Of a stretch of 64,000 nucleotides of DNA, positions 39,688-50,642 are shown in pieces. A model generated the notes under the pieces. It did not search any database, was not told the DNA's origin, and was given only the letters and a program-made list of their open reading frames with translations. The position numbers and the translations under genes were made by a program. The first letter of the stretch is position 1. Each line of letters starts with the position of its first letter. Origin of the DNA: Synechococcus sp. GTDB lineage: Bacteria; Cyanobacteriota; Cyanobacteriia; PCC-6307; Cyanobiaceae. The stretch is from assembly GCA_047284725.1 (NCBI GenBank), contig JBJBEO010000001.1, positions 1,464,203 through 1,528,202 on the forward strand, in the 5' to 3' direction.

Positions 39688-40125
39688 ATGCCGCGCTGCT
39701 TTCAAGAGCTGGAACCAGTGCTCGAACGCCAGGGTTATCAGGCCGATGGCCTGCTGGAGGTGCTGGCCGAAGCACAACGTCTCTATGGCTGCCTGAGTGA
39801 AGACCTGCTGCGTCATGTGGCGCAGGTCCTGCACTTGCCTCTGAGCCGCGTGCACGGGACGGCAAGCTTCTACCACCTGTTTCGCCTCCGACCGCCGGCC
39901 CCCCATGCCTGCCTGGTCTGCACCGGTACCGCCTGCCACGTGCGCGGGGCGGGACGGCTGCTGGAAGAGCTCAGGCAACAGATCGACCAGGAGGCGGTCG
40001 AGCTGGGATCCGTTCGCTGCGTGGGCACCTGCGGCGGAGCTCCCCTGGTGGTGGTGGATGGAGAGATCTGGAACCACCAGACCACAGCCTCAGTGCTGCA
40101 GAAAGTACGGAGGCTGACGTCATGA
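39688..40125 (+). CDS. hoxE: Bidirectional hydrogenase diaphorase subunit E
   Basis: GTASFYHLF; [2Fe-2S] ligands CTGTAC and CVGTC. Confidence 0.92.
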   Translation: MPRCFQELEPVLERQGYQADGLLEVLAEAQRLYGCLSEDLLRHVAQVLHLPLSRVHGTASFYHLFRLRPPAPHACLVCTGTACHVRGAGRLLEELRQQIDQEAVELGSVRCVGTCGGAPLVVVDGEIWNHQTTASVLQKVRRLTS

Positions 40126-41693
40126 AGCCATCAGAGGCGATGGGCCTGCGTATCTGCACCTCCGCCAGTTGCAGCAGCCGCGGCGCTGACAATCTGCTGC
40201 GCCGATGCAAAGCAACAGCCCAAAGCCGAGATGCTCATTGGAAGGTGAAAGGGGTGGGCTGCTTCGGCCCCTGCAGTGACGGTCCCTTGCTTGCCGTGGA
40301 TGCCGAAGCATCGTCGCGGTTGTTCTCCCTCGATGGGGCTTCGACCGACAACCTGCACGATGACCTGAAGCAAGTCAGGACGGCTCAGGCACTGAACCAG
40401 TGGCAGCCCCATGGCAGCCGTCTGCTCCGTGATGACGATCCTTTCATGGCCTTGCAGCGGCGTTTGGTGCTGGACCACTGCAGCCGCATTGATCCCGACT
40501 GCATCGAAGAGGCAGAGCATGAAGGGGCCTATGAGCAACTGCAACGGGTTCTGAACGACACCACACCGGAGGCGGTGATCGAACAGGTGCGCGTGAGTGG
40601 CCTGCGGGGCCGAGGGGGTGCGGGATACCCCACAGGATTGAAATGGGCCACGGTGGCAGCCATGCCAGGTGCCGAGAAAGTGCTGGTCTGCAATGCCGAT
40701 GAGGGCGATCCCGGCGCCTTCATGGACCGAACCGTGATGGAAGGGCAACCCCACACTCTGATCGAGGGCATGGCCATTGCGGCCTTTGCCGTCGGCGCTC
40801 AGCGGGGCGTGATCTATGTGAGAGCGGAATACCCGCTGGCCATTGATCGTTTGCAACGGGCCATCGCCCAGGCCAGAGATCACGATTGGTTGGGGCCCTC
40901 CGTGGGACGCACGACGTTTGGATTTGATATCGAGCTGCGGGTTGGAGCCGGGGCCTATGTGTGCGGGGAGGAAACCGCCCTGATCCACTCGATCGAAGGA
41001 TGCCGCGGAGTCCCTCGCCCCAGACCGCCCTATCCCGCTGAGCGAGGGGTCCATGCCTTGCCGACCTTGATCAACAACGTCGAAACCTTCGCCAACATCC
41101 CTGTACTGCTGAAGCTGGGATTGGAGGCCTACGGCGCCGGCACCAAAGTGTTCTCCCTCACCGGCGATGTGCAGCGCAGCGGTGTGATCGAGGTGCCGAT
41201 GGGTACGCCGCTACGCACCATCGTCGAAACCATCGGCGGTGGTGCAAGGGATGGGCGTCAGATCAAAGCGGTGCAAACCGGAGGCCCCTCTGGGGGCTGC
41301 GTTCCCGCCAGTGCACTGGATACACCCGTGGATTACGAGAGCCTGCAAAGCCTCGGCACGATCATGGGCTCCGGGGGGATGGTGGTGATGGATGACTGCA
41401 CCAACATGGTGGAGATCGCCGCTTTCTTCATGGCGTTCTGCCGGGAGGAATCGTGCGGCAAGTGCATCCCCTGCCGCTCCGGCACCGTGCAGTTGGAGAT
41501 GCTGCTGCGCAAATTGCTTGAGGGTCGAGGATCTGCAGCAGATCTGCAACAGCTGGAAAGCCTCTGCCACATCGTCAAAGATGCCAGCCTGTGCGGCTTG
41601 GGGCAAAGCGCTCCCAAACCGGTGTTGAGCACGCTGAGGCACTTTCGCAACGACTACCTGCAGTTGCTGCAACCTGAAGAGGCGACGTCATGA
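40122..41693 (+). CDS. hoxF: Bidirectional hydrogenase diaphorase subunit F
   Basis: GRGGAGYPTG, NADEGDPG, GAGAYVCGEETAL, ESCGKCIPC...CGLG. Confidence 0.95.
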   Translation: MKPSEAMGLRICTSASCSSRGADNLLRRCKATAQSRDAHWKVKGVGCFGPCSDGPLLAVDAEASSRLFSLDGASTDNLHDDLKQVRTAQALNQWQPHGSRLLRDDDPFMALQRRLVLDHCSRIDPDCIEEAEHEGAYEQLQRVLNDTTPEAVIEQVRVSGLRGRGGAGYPTGLKWATVAAMPGAEKVLVCNADEGDPGAFMDRTVMEGQPHTLIEGMAIAAFAVGAQRGVIYVRAEYPLAIDRLQRAIAQARDHDWLGPSVGRTTFGFDIELRVGAGAYVCGEETALIHSIEGCRGVPRPRPPYPAERGVHALPTLINNVETFANIPVLLKLGLEAYGAGTKVFSLTGDVQRSGVIEVPMGTPLRTIVETIGGGARDGRQIKAVQTGGPSGGCVPASALDTPVDYESLQSLGTIMGSGGMVVMDDCTNMVEIAAFFMAFCREESCGKCIPCRSGTVQLEMLLRKLLEGRGSAADLQQLESLCHIVKDASLCGLGQSAPKPVLSTLRHFRNDYLQLLQPEEATS

Positions 41694-42406
41694 GCGTCTG
41701 CACCCTGCGCATCGATGACCGTGATGTAGCGGCTCGCACAGGCACCACTCTGTTGGAGGCCATTCGCACGGCAGGAATCGCCATCCCCACCCTCTGCCAC
41801 CTTGATGGCCTGTCTGCCGTGGCAGCCTGCCGGCTCTGCCTCGTGGAACTGGAAGGCACCGACAAACTGTTGGCCGCCTGCGTCACCACGGTGCAGGAGG
41901 GAATGCGAGTCAGGACCCAGACACCAAAGCTTCAAGAGATCCGGCGAACGGTGGTGGAACTGCTGTTCACGGAGGGCAACCATGTGTGCGCGATCTGTGT
42001 CGCCAATGGCCACTGCGAACTCCAAGACCTTGCCGTGGAGGTGGGCATGGATCACAGCCGTTTGCCTTACCGCTTCCCGGAACGCAGCGTGGATCTCTCC
42101 CATCAGCGTTTCGGTCTCGACCACAACCGCTGCATCCTGTGCACCCGTTGCGTGCGGGTCTGCGACGAGGTGGAAGGGGCCCACGTCTGGGACGTGGGTT
42201 GGCGCGGTGAACACTGCCAGATCATCGCGGGACTCGCGGAGCCATGGGGGGCCGTCCAGGCCTGCACCGACTGCGGCAAGTGCGTGGAGGTGTGCCCCAC
42301 GGGCGCCCTCTTCCACAAGGGGGATTCGAGCGCGGAGAAGCAGGGCCATCCCGAACGTTTGCAGGCTTTGGTGGAAGCCCGCTCCCATCAGCAGTGGCTG
42401 CCATGA
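41690..42406 (+). CDS. hoxU: Bidirectional hydrogenase diaphorase subunit U
   Basis: PTLCH...CRLC, EGNHVCAIC, CILCTRC, CTDCGKCVEVCP. Confidence 0.95.
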   Translation: MSVCTLRIDDRDVAARTGTTLLEAIRTAGIAIPTLCHLDGLSAVAACRLCLVELEGTDKLLAACVTTVQEGMRVRTQTPKLQEIRRTVVELLFTEGNHVCAICVANGHCELQDLAVEVGMDHSRLPYRFPERSVDLSHQRFGLDHNRCILCTRCVRVCDEVEGAHVWDVGWRGEHCQIIAGLAEPWGAVQACTDCGKCVEVCPTGALFHKGDSSAEKQGHPERLQALVEARSHQQWLP

Positions 42407-42963
42407 GTGCACACCCCCCCCGCAAACGTTTGGCCACCGTCTGGTTGGCGGGATGTTCCGGATGTCATATGTCATTCCTCGATCTCGACGAATGGCTGAT
42501 CGACCTCGCCGATCAAGCGGAGATCGTCTACAGCCCCGTGGGTTCCGATCAGAAGGGCTACCCGGAAGCCGTTGATATCGCTCTGGTGGAGGGAGGCGTG
42601 GCCAACACCGACAACCTGGCGCTCCTCCGACAGGTGCGCGAGCACACTCGCACCTTGGTGAGCTTTGGCGATTGCGCCATCACCGCCAACATCCCAGGGA
42701 TGCGCAACATGCTGCAGGGAGCCGATCCAGTCCTGCGGCGCAGCTACCTCGACCTGGCGGATGGCAGTGCACAACTGCCCCATGCCCCTGGCGTGATTCC
42801 TGAACTGATGGACCGCGTGTTGCCCGTCCACGAGCTGGTACGCGTGGAGGTCTTCCTGCCGGGCTGCCCTCCTTCCGCTGAGCGGATCCGCACGGTTTTG
42901 CAGGCGCTGCTGCGAGATCAGACGCCGCGAACGCTGAACGCGGATCAGATCCGTTTTGGTTGA
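42403..42963 (+). CDS. hoxY: NiFe hydrogenase small subunit
   Basis: ATVWLAGCSGCHMSFLD, SFGDCA, LPGCPP; ATG 42403 overlaps the hoxU stop. Confidence 0.95.
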   Translation: MSAHPPRKRLATVWLAGCSGCHMSFLDLDEWLIDLADQAEIVYSPVGSDQKGYPEAVDIALVEGGVANTDNLALLRQVREHTRTLVSFGDCAITANIPGMRNMLQGADPVLRRSYLDLADGSAQLPHAPGVIPELMDRVLPVHELVRVEVFLPGCPPSAERIRTVLQALLRDQTPRTLNADQIRFG

Positions 42964-42975
42964 GGAAAGGCCAGC

Positions 42976-44436
42976 ATGAGTACGCCGCGTGTGATTCAGA
43001 TCGATCCCGTGACCCGAATCGAGGGGCACGCCAAGATTTCGATTCATCTGGATGAAGCTGGCCAGGTCAAGACTGCCCGCTTCCACGTCACGGAATACCG
43101 CGGTTTTGAAAAATTCTGTGAGGGCCGACCCTTCACAGAAATGGCCGCCATCACAGCACGCATCTGCGGCATCTGCCCGGTGAGCCATCTGCTCGCAGCC
43201 GCCCACACCGGCGACAAGATTCTCGCGGTAGCCATTCCTCCAGCTGCCGAGAAATTGCGCCGGTTGATGAACCTGGCTCAGATCACCCAATCGCATGCCC
43301 TGTCCTTTTTTCACCTCAGCAGCCCTGATTTTTTGCTGGGCTGGAACAGCGACCCGCAGCAGCGCAATATCTTCGGGCTGATCGCAGCCAACCCCGAGCT
43401 GGCGCGCCGGGGCATTCGCCTGCGTCAATTCGGCCAAGGGGTGATCGAAGCTCTGGGTGGCCGCAAGATTCATGCCGCCTGGGCCGTGCCAGGAGGCGTT
43501 CGAACCCCTTTGTCCATCGAAACCCGGGATTCGATTCGCGCTGGTCTACCCGAAGCCTTCGCCGTGGTGGAGCAAGGACTGGTCGTGTTCAAGCAGCTCC
43601 TTGATCAGCAACTGCAGGAGGAGTTCGACGTGTTTGGTCGCTTCCCATCCTTATTCATGGGATTGGTGGGCAAGGGAGACCTCTGGGAGCACTCCAGCGG
43701 AGCCAGCTGCCGAGGGATTCGGGTGATGGATAGCGATGGAACCATTCTCGCCGACGGTCTCCATGAAAACGACTACGCCACTTTTCTCGCCGAAGCGGTG
43801 GAGCCCTGGAGCTATCTCAAGTTTCCCTATTACCGCCCCCTGGGCCCTGACAGCGGCTCCTATCGCGTTGGTCCCCTGGCCCGCCTCAATCTGTGCAGAC
43901 GTATCGGCAGTGAACGGGCCGATCGCGAATTACTGGAAATGCGTCAGCGCGGTGGCCCCATCGTGACGGCATCGTTGCTATATCACCTGGCTCGCCTGAT
44001 CGAAATCCTTGCCTGCCTGGAACAGATGGAGATTCTGCTCGACGATCCCGAGCTCTGTTCCAGCCATGTTCGATCCAGAGCCGAGGTGAATTGCCTGGAG
44101 GCGGTGGGAGTCAGTGAAGCGCCAAGGGGGACACTGTTCCATCACTACCGGGTGGATGGCGACGGCCTGATCGAACAAGTGAATCTGATCATCGCCACCG
44201 GCCAGAACAACGGAGCGATGAATCGCACCGTGACTCAAATCGCACAGCATTACCTGACCCCTGCAGTGACCCAGGCCGCCAGGCTGGATGAAGCCCTGCT
44301 GAATCGGATTGAGGCTGGCATTCGCTGCTTTGACCCCTGCCTCTCCTGCAGCACCCATGCCGCCGGTTCCATGCCTCTGCAGGTGAGATTGTTCAGCAGC
44401 ACCGGCGAACTTCTGGAGGAGCGTGCACGCCCATGA
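42976..44436 (+). CDS. hoxH: NiFe hydrogenase large subunit (group 3d)
   Basis: RIEGH, L1 RICGICP, L2 [10 protein letters not shown] followed by a cleavable C-terminal tail. Confidence 0.96.
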   Translation: MSTPRVIQIDPVTRIEGHAKISIHLDEAGQVKTARFHVTEYRGFEKFCEGRPFTEMAAITARICGICPVSHLLAAAHTGDKILAVAIPPAAEKLRRLMNLAQITQSHALSFFHLSSPDFLLGWNSDPQQRNIFGLIAANPELARRGIRLRQFGQGVIEALGGRKIHAAWAVPGGVRTPLSIETRDSIRAGLPEAFAVVEQGLVVFKQLLDQQLQEEFDVFGRFPSLFMGLVGKGDLWEHSSGASCRGIRVMDSDGTILADGLHENDYATFLAEAVEPWSYLKFPYYRPLGPDSGSYRVGPLARLNLCRRIGSERADRELLEMRQRGGPIVTASLLYHLARLIEILACLEQMEILLDDPELCSSHVRSRAEVNCLEAVGVSEAPRGTLFHHYRVDGDGLIEQVNLIIATGQNNGAMNRTVTQIAQHYLTPAVTQAARLDEALLNRIEAGIRCFDPCLSCSTHAAGSMPLQVRLFSSTGELLEERARP

Positions 44437-44900
44437 ACGAACGCAAGCGCCCCCTGGTGATCGGCATCGGCAATGTGCTGCGCAGCGATGACGGCGCCGG
44501 TTATCGGGTCGCAGAAGCGTTGCACAAAGCGATCGGGGATCAGCTCGAAGTGATTGCGGTTCATCAACTCACCCCTGAGTTGGCGTGCCGCGTCGCATCC
44601 GCGAGCCGGGTGCTGTTTGTTGATGCCAGCCTTGATCCGTTGCGATCCGGCCTGAAGCCCCTTGAGGAAGCCCAGCAGGCCCCGCAGACCTCATCAGGGT
44701 TCGTCGGCCTGGGCCACAGGCTCACACCGCAGGTGCTGTTGACGCTGGCGGAGGGCCTTTATCACCATCGGCCTCCTGCCTGGGAGTTGCTCATTCCAGC
44801 GCAGCACTTGGATCATGGTGCCGCACTCTCAGGGCTCACCTCAGAGGCCTGCACCCAGGCCTTGTCTCTGGCCCAGGCCTGGGGTCGCAGCCATGCATGA
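44433..44900 (+). CDS. hoxW: Hydrogenase maturation protease
   Basis: [27 protein letters not shown]. Confidence 0.9.
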   Translation: MNERKRPLVIGIGNVLRSDDGAGYRVAEALHKAIGDQLEVIAVHQLTPELACRVASASRVLFVDASLDPLRSGLKPLEEAQQAPQTSSGFVGLGHRLTPQVLLTLAEGLYHHRPPAWELLIPAQHLDHGAALSGLTSEACTQALSLAQAWGRSHA

Positions 44901-45234
44901 ACTGGCACTGATGCATGCGCTGTGTGACCTCGCACTGCAAACCGCCCAACAAGAGGGGGCCAACACCATTCATTCCCTTCAGGTGAGAGTCGGCGATCTC
45001 TCTGGTGTGGATGGAGAGGCCCTGCGTCAGGCATTTGCCGTGGTGACGATGGATCCGAACTGGAAAGACACCCGCCTGGAGCTGGCGGTGGTGCCAACCC
45101 GGTGTTTCTGTTCAAACTGCCAACAAGCGTTCAAGCCCACGGATGTGATCCACCAATGCCCCCACTGCGGCTTCCTCTCCCATGAGGTCGTGCAGGGGCG
45201 TGAGCTTGAGTTGATTGGCATGGAGGTGTCGTGA
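44893..45234 (+). CDS. hypA: Hydrogenase nickel insertion protein
   Basis: MHE N-terminus, two CxxC motifs, GREL. Confidence 0.93.
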   Translation: MHELALMHALCDLALQTAQQEGANTIHSLQVRVGDLSGVDGEALRQAFAVVTMDPNWKDTRLELAVVPTRCFCSNCQQAFKPTDVIHQCPHCGFLSHEVVQGRELELIGMEVS

Positions 45235-45947
45235 TGTGCGGGCAATGCGGTTGTGACATCACCAGCACACCCATGGAGTCAAGGCCATTACCTCCACCAC
45301 CACGGCGCATTGACCTTCACGCCAACCTGCTGCAGCGCAATGCCCAGCAGGCTCTGCACAATCGCATCCACTTTCAGCAGCATCAACTTCTGGCGGTGAA
45401 TCTGCTCTCAGCCCCTGGATCGGGCAAAACCGCGTTCCTGGAACAGTTGGCATCGATGTGGCCGCAGCAACCCATTGGCGTGATCGTCGGAGATCTGGCC
45501 ACCGACAACGACGCCCAACGCCTTGAAAAGGCCGGAGCACGGGCGGTGCAGATCCGCACGGGTGATCGATGCCACCTGGATGCGGCACTGGTCGCCAATG
45601 CTTTGGCTCAGCTCGACCAACACGGATTAACACTGCTGGTGATCGAGAACGTGGGCAACCTTGTCTGTCCTGCCGCGTTTGATCTGGGCGAGCAGCTACG
45701 GGTCGCCTTGCTCTCAGTCACCGAGGGAGAAGACAAACCCCTCAAATATCCGGCGTTGTTCAAAAGCGCCGACGCGGTTCTGATCAACAAATGGGATCTG
45801 GCTGACGTGGTTGAGTTTGATCGGCGAAGCGCCATCGCCAATCTCAACAAGATTGCACCCCAGGCCAGGCTGTTTGAACTCTCAGCCCGGACAGGTCAGG
45901 GCATGGCGGAGGTGATGCGATGGCTGACGGATGAGCGCAAGCACTAA
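45234..45947 (+). CDS. hypB: Hydrogenase nickel GTPase
   Basis: MCGQCGC Ni site, SAPGSGKT, CHLDA, ENVGNLVCPA, NKWD; no poly-His tract. Confidence 0.93.
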   Translation: MCGQCGCDITSTPMESRPLPPPPRRIDLHANLLQRNAQQALHNRIHFQQHQLLAVNLLSAPGSGKTAFLEQLASMWPQQPIGVIVGDLATDNDAQRLEKAGARAVQIRTGDRCHLDAALVANALAQLDQHGLTLLVIENVGNLVCPAAFDLGEQLRVALLSVTEGEDKPLKYPALFKSADAVLINKWDLADVVEFDRRSAIANLNKIAPQARLFELSARTGQGMAEVMRWLTDERKH

Positions 45948-48267
45948 ATGGATCCTGACGATTCACCTGCAGGGTCGCGTCCAGGGCGTGGGCTTTCGCC
46001 CCACCGTTTACCGGCTGGCCAAGGAGCTGGGCCTTGGAGGCTGGGTCGCCAACAGCAGTGACGGTCTTCAGATGGAGCTGCTCGGCGCCCGCGCCAACCT
46101 CCAGCAGGCTCTGGAACAGATGAAGACGAACCCTCCCCCAGGCAGCAGGATTGATCAATGGAGGCTGCACTGGGCGGTGATGGATTGCAGCAGTGGCTGT
46201 GATCAGCCGGAGGAGGGATTTCGCATCCGTGCTTCGCTCAACTCAGGAATGCCTTCGGCGTTGATGGGCCCTGACCTTGCCCTCTGCGAAGCCTGCATTT
46301 CTGAATTATCCGACCCCTCGAGTCGGCGTTTTCGCTACCCCTTCATCAGCTGTACAACTTGCGGACCGCGTTACACCCTTTTGAAAGCGGTGCCCTTTGA
46401 GAGAGGCAACACCAGTCTGGACGCGTTCCCGACCTGCCCAGCCTGTACCTGCGACTACGCCAACCCCGACGATCGCCGCTTTCATGCCCAAACCATCAGC
46501 TGCCCAGCCTGCGGGCCGGAGCTGCGATGGAACCAGGCGCCGATCGGACTGGAGCCGGCCCTGGCGGAAGCCTCAGCGCTGCTTGAAACAGGAGGGATCG
46601 TGGCCATCCAAGGAGTTGGAGGCTTCCAGTTGCTGGCAGATCCCAGACAGGCCAAAACCCTGCAACGCCTGCGGCGCCGTAAAGGACGTCCCGACAAGCC
46701 TCTGGCCCTGCTCTGCACAACGAAGATGTTGCCGCAGCTCTGTCGCTGCAGTGAGGAAGAGCTGGCGCTGTGGCGCTCCCCAGTCGCACCCATTATGCTG
46801 CTTCGTCGTCACGCGACGCTGTCGCTTGACGACGAAGTGGCAGGCGACAGCCCCTGGCTTGGTGTGATGCGACCAGCCAGCGGCCTGCAGCAGTTACTGC
46901 TTGAGACGTTGGCACGGCCAGTCGTTGCCACCAGTGCCAACCGCTCAGGAGAGCCGATCGCCTCTGACGCCGATCGAGATGCAGCCTGCCTGGCGGCACT
47001 TGCCGACGGGGTGCTCAGCCATCAACTGCCGATCATCAACCGGATTGACGACAGTGTGATGCGCTGGGCCGCCGGGGGGCCATTGGTGCTTCGGCTGGGC
47101 AGGGGACTGGCGCCCCTGGCGTTAGCCAGCCGAAGAACGGCCGAACCGGCCCTGGCGGTAGGGGCACACGTGAAAGGAGCGATCGGCTTGCGTCACCCCG
47201 ATCATCTTGTGCTGAGCCCGGATCTTGGGGATCTCTCCAGTTGCGCGGGCGCCACACACTTCGAAAGCACCACAACGGAATGGTTGGTGCGCTGCGGCCA
47301 ACGTCCCACCACGATCGCCGCAGATCTCCACCCCGGATACAGCAGCCGTCTCTATGCGGAACATCTCAGTCAGACCCTGCCGACCAAGCGGATCGATGTC
47401 CAGCATCATCACGCCCATCTGCTGGCGGTGATGGCGGAACACAGCCTGGATGGTGAAGCGATGGGTCTCGCCTGGGATGGCTCCGGCCTGGGCGATGACA
47501 ACCGACTCTGGGGGGGAGAGGCGCTGGCTCTGATAGGCCAGGACTACCGCCATGTCGCAGCCTTACGTGCCTTCAGCCTCGCCGGCGGTGAACAAGCCCT
47601 GCGCGAACCGCGTCGAGCCACCCTCGGATTGTTGTTCGAGGCCTATGGACTCCACTGGAGAGATCGCCTTGCTCGCTTGCAACACCTGCCATGGCTCCAT
47701 GCCTTCGCACCCGAAGAGCTCGACGTGCTGGAGCAAAGCCTGCAGCGAGGTGTGCATCAGCATCGCTGCTCGAGCATGGGACGCCTCTTCGATGCGATTG
47801 CGGCCCTGCTGGGTCTGCACCAGATCTGCAGCTTTGAAGCCCAAGCCGCCCTTGCCCTGGAGGGAGTCGCCACCACAGCACTGGATGCCGGCTCCACCAA
47901 GGATTGCTACCCACTGACGCTGGAACGCCAGGAATCTGAAGGGCCGCTGCACTGGAATTGGCAACCACTGCTGAACGCTCTTCTGGATGATCTGGAACAG
48001 GAGAGACCGAAGCCAGAGATCGCCCTGGCCTTTCACGCTGGCCTCGCCCAAGCCGCTGTCGACCTGGCCTTGAGGGAAAGGCAACACAGATTGCTCCTGG
48101 CCGGCGGATGTTTTCAGAACAAACTTCTGCTGGAGCTCTGCGCCAACGCCCTGAGGGACGTCGGCATACAGCCACTTTGGTGTCAGCAATTACCCAGCAA
48201 CGATGCCAGTCTTCCGATCGGACAGTTACTGGCGATTCCAACTCCAGGGCCTTCGCACGCCTGCTGA
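45931..48267 (+). CDS. hypF: Carbamoyltransferase
   Basis: GRVQGVGFRP acylphosphatase motif, Zn fingers, RRFHAQ, QHHHAH, WDGSG. Confidence 0.93.
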   Translation: MSASTKWILTIHLQGRVQGVGFRPTVYRLAKELGLGGWVANSSDGLQMELLGARANLQQALEQMKTNPPPGSRIDQWRLHWAVMDCSSGCDQPEEGFRIRASLNSGMPSALMGPDLALCEACISELSDPSSRRFRYPFISCTTCGPRYTLLKAVPFERGNTSLDAFPTCPACTCDYANPDDRRFHAQTISCPACGPELRWNQAPIGLEPALAEASALLETGGIVAIQGVGGFQLLADPRQAKTLQRLRRRKGRPDKPLALLCTTKMLPQLCRCSEEELALWRSPVAPIMLLRRHATLSLDDEVAGDSPWLGVMRPASGLQQLLLETLARPVVATSANRSGEPIASDADRDAACLAALADGVLSHQLPIINRIDDSVMRWAAGGPLVLRLGRGLAPLALASRRTAEPALAVGAHVKGAIGLRHPDHLVLSPDLGDLSSCAGATHFESTTTEWLVRCGQRPTTIAADLHPGYSSRLYAEHLSQTLPTKRIDVQHHHAHLLAVMAEHSLDGEAMGLAWDGSGLGDDNRLWGGEALALIGQDYRHVAALRAFSLAGGEQALREPRRATLGLLFEAYGLHWRDRLARLQHLPWLHAFAPEELDVLEQSLQRGVHQHRCSSMGRLFDAIAALLGLHQICSFEAQAALALEGVATTALDAGSTKDCYPLTLERQESEGPLHWNWQPLLNALLDDLEQERPKPEIALAFHAGLAQAAVDLALRERQHRLLLAGGCFQNKLLLELCANALRDVGIQPLWCQQLPSNDASLPIGQLLAIPTPGPSHAC

Positions 48268-48330
48268 GCCAACGGTCAGATGAAAAGAGCCTGCCTATAA
48301 CCAGAACGAAGACATCGACGCTGGGGAGCC

Positions 48331-48528
48331 ATGTGCCTAGCCGTTGCCGGTGAGTTGGTGAGCACCAATGGACACCCTGATCCCCTCTGGCGCATGGGTG
48401 ATGTCTCGTTTTCCGGCGTTTTGCGTGAGGTGAGCCTGGCATGCGTGCCGGAGGCCAAGGTTGGAGATCAGGTGCTCGTGCATGTCGGGCTCGCTCTCAA
48501 AGTCGTGGAGCCGGAGCCGTTCCTTTGA
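48331..48528 (+). CDS. hypC: Hydrogenase assembly chaperone
   Basis: MCLAVAG N-terminus, VGDQVLVHVG. Confidence 0.92.
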   Translation: MCLAVAGELVSTNGHPDPLWRMGDVSFSGVLREVSLACVPEAKVGDQVLVHVGLALKVVEPEPFL

Positions 48529-49586
48529 CAGCACGAACCGCCGCTTTAATCGAGCGGATTCATCGGCGTTGCAGTCGGCCCTGGACCTTGATGGAGGTCT
48601 GTGGAGGGCAGACCCATGCCCTGCTTCATCACGGCCTGGATCAGCTGCTGGCGGAGTCGATTGAACTGATTCATGGACCCGGTTGTCCGGTGTGCGTGAC
48701 CGCAACCGAACGCATTGATCAGGCTCTGGCCATGGGGCTGAGACCGGACGTCATTCTCTGCTCCTACGGAGACATGCTGCGCGTCCCCGGCAGTGATGGC
48801 CGTGATCTGCTGGGTCTCAGAGCGGTGGGGGCCGATGTACGCGTGATCTACTCCCCCCTGGATGTTCTGGATCTGGCTCGCGCCAACCCCCAGTGCCAGG
48901 TCGTGTTTTTTGCAGTGGGCTTTGAAACCACGGCCCCTGCCACGGCCTTGCTGGCCCATCAGGCTCAGTGGCTGGGCCTTGCAAACCTGAAGCTCCTGGT
49001 TGCGCACGTGCGTGTTGCTCCGGTTCTCGATCAACTGCTTGCCGATCCAGCCTGTGCCGTCGATGGAGTATTGGCAGCTGGCCATGTCTGCACAGTGATG
49101 GGCCAACCGGAATACGAGGAGTTGGTGAGACGCCATCAAGTGCCCATTGTCGTGACTGGGTTCACAGCGAACGACTTGCTGAACGGTGTTCTGAGCTGCG
49201 TTGAGCAGCTGGAAACAGGGACACCTGCTGTGCGGAACAGCTATCAACAGGTCGTCGACAAGGGGGGCAATGGCTCCGCTCAGGCCCTGATCGACGCTGT
49301 GTTTGAACCGGTCGACACCCCCTGGCGCGGCCTTGGCCTGGTCAGGGCTGGGGGCTATCGCCTGCGACCGGAATTCGCAGCTCTTGCTCTGACGCCCGAG
49401 AGTGCTTCAGAGCAAGAGGATCCAGGCTGTTCCGAGCCCTGCCCGAGCGGACTGGTACTGCAAGGACTGCTGAGGCCGAACGCCTGCCCGAATTTCGGTC
49501 AAGGCTGCACCCCCGATCACCCCCTGGGAGCACCCATGGTCTCGGCTGAGGGAGCTTGTGCGGCTTACTTCCGCTATGGCCGCTGA
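48525..49586 (+). CDS. hypD: Hydrogenase formation protein
   Basis: MEVCGGQTH, GPGCPVC, GFETTAP, MVSAEGAC; TTG start overlapping the hypC stop. Confidence 0.93.
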   Translation: MTARTAALIERIHRRCSRPWTLMEVCGGQTHALLHHGLDQLLAESIELIHGPGCPVCVTATERIDQALAMGLRPDVILCSYGDMLRVPGSDGRDLLGLRAVGADVRVIYSPLDVLDLARANPQCQVVFFAVGFETTAPATALLAHQAQWLGLANLKLLVAHVRVAPVLDQLLADPACAVDGVLAAGHVCTVMGQPEYEELVRRHQVPIVVTGFTANDLLNGVLSCVEQLETGTPAVRNSYQQVVDKGGNGSAQALIDAVFEPVDTPWRGLGLVRAGGYRLRPEFAALALTPESASEQEDPGCSEPCPSGLVLQGLLRPNACPNFGQGCTPDHPLGAPMVSAEGACAAYFRYGR

Positions 49587-49589
49587 CTG

Positions 49590-50621
49590 ATGACCACTAC
49601 CAATGCATGCATACAGATGGGGCATGGCGGCGGCGGACGCCTCAGTCAGCAACTGCTGGCCGAACTTCTGATGCCCGCCCTGGGACCCCGTGACGGGGTC
49701 CTGCACGATGCGGCACGCCTCATCAGTCCTGGGCAGCAGTTGGCGTTCACGACCGATTCCTATGTCGTGCATCCGTTGTTCTTTCCAGGAGGCGACATCG
49801 GACGTCTTTCGGTGTTTGGCAGCGTCAACGATCTGGCGATGGCCGGTGCACGACCTTTGGCCATGAGCCTTGGGTTGATCCTTGAGGAAGGACTTGAGAT
49901 CGTCTGTCTGGAACGCATCGTGGCTTCCATCAGCGAAGCCTGCACAAGCGTCGGGGTGCCAGTGATCACCGGCGACACCAAGGTGGTGGAACGGGGCAAA
50001 GGGGATGGACTCTTCATCAACACCTCGGCGATCGGGGTGTTGAATCACAACTTGAGGATTGATCCGACCTCTGTTGAACCAGGTGATGTGGTGCTGGTCA
50101 GTGGAGACCTCGGCCGGCACGGACTCGCGATCCTGACCGCCCGCAAAGAACTGAAGCTTCGCAGTCCACTGGAGAGTGACCTGGCCTGTCTGCTGGAACC
50201 GGTGCAGAGCCTGCTGAACCAGGGCCTGACCCCCCACTGCCTGAGGGACCTGACGCGAGGCGGTTTAGCCAGTGCGACCGACGAAATTGCCCGAAGCAGT
50301 CGGTGTCGCATCCTGCTCGATGAAGAGGCAATCCCCGTTCATCCGATGGTGAAAGGGGCCTGTGAGTTGCTCGGTCTCGATGTGCTGTCCATGGCCAATG
50401 AAGGTCGCATGCTGCTTTTCTGCCCACCGGAGCAGGTGCCTGAGACCTTGGCCGTTCTGCGGCGCCTGTGTCCGGGAGCCACACGTATCGGCGTTGTTGG
50501 CGATCGATTGACGACAGAGACTGCACGCCACGAACGCTACCCGGTCAGCCTGATCAGCAGCCTTGGCGTGGCACGGCCTCTCGACCTGGGTCATGGTGAA
50601 CAGTTGCCGAGGATTTGCTGA
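49590..50621 (+). CDS. hypE: Hydrogenase carbamoyl dehydratase
   Basis: HGGGG, FTTDSY, NDLAM, RDLTRGG, C-terminal PRIC. Confidence 0.95.
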   Translation: MTTTNACIQMGHGGGGRLSQQLLAELLMPALGPRDGVLHDAARLISPGQQLAFTTDSYVVHPLFFPGGDIGRLSVFGSVNDLAMAGARPLAMSLGLILEEGLEIVCLERIVASISEACTSVGVPVITGDTKVVERGKGDGLFINTSAIGVLNHNLRIDPTSVEPGDVVLVSGDLGRHGLAILTARKELKLRSPLESDLACLLEPVQSLLNQGLTPHCLRDLTRGGLASATDEIARSSRCRILLDEEAIPVHPMVKGACELLGLDVLSMANEGRMLLFCPPEQVPETLAVLRRLCPGATRIGVVGDRLTTETARHERYPVSLISSLGVARPLDLGHGEQLPRIC

Positions 50622-50642
50622 AGACGATGGTGCGAAGCATTG

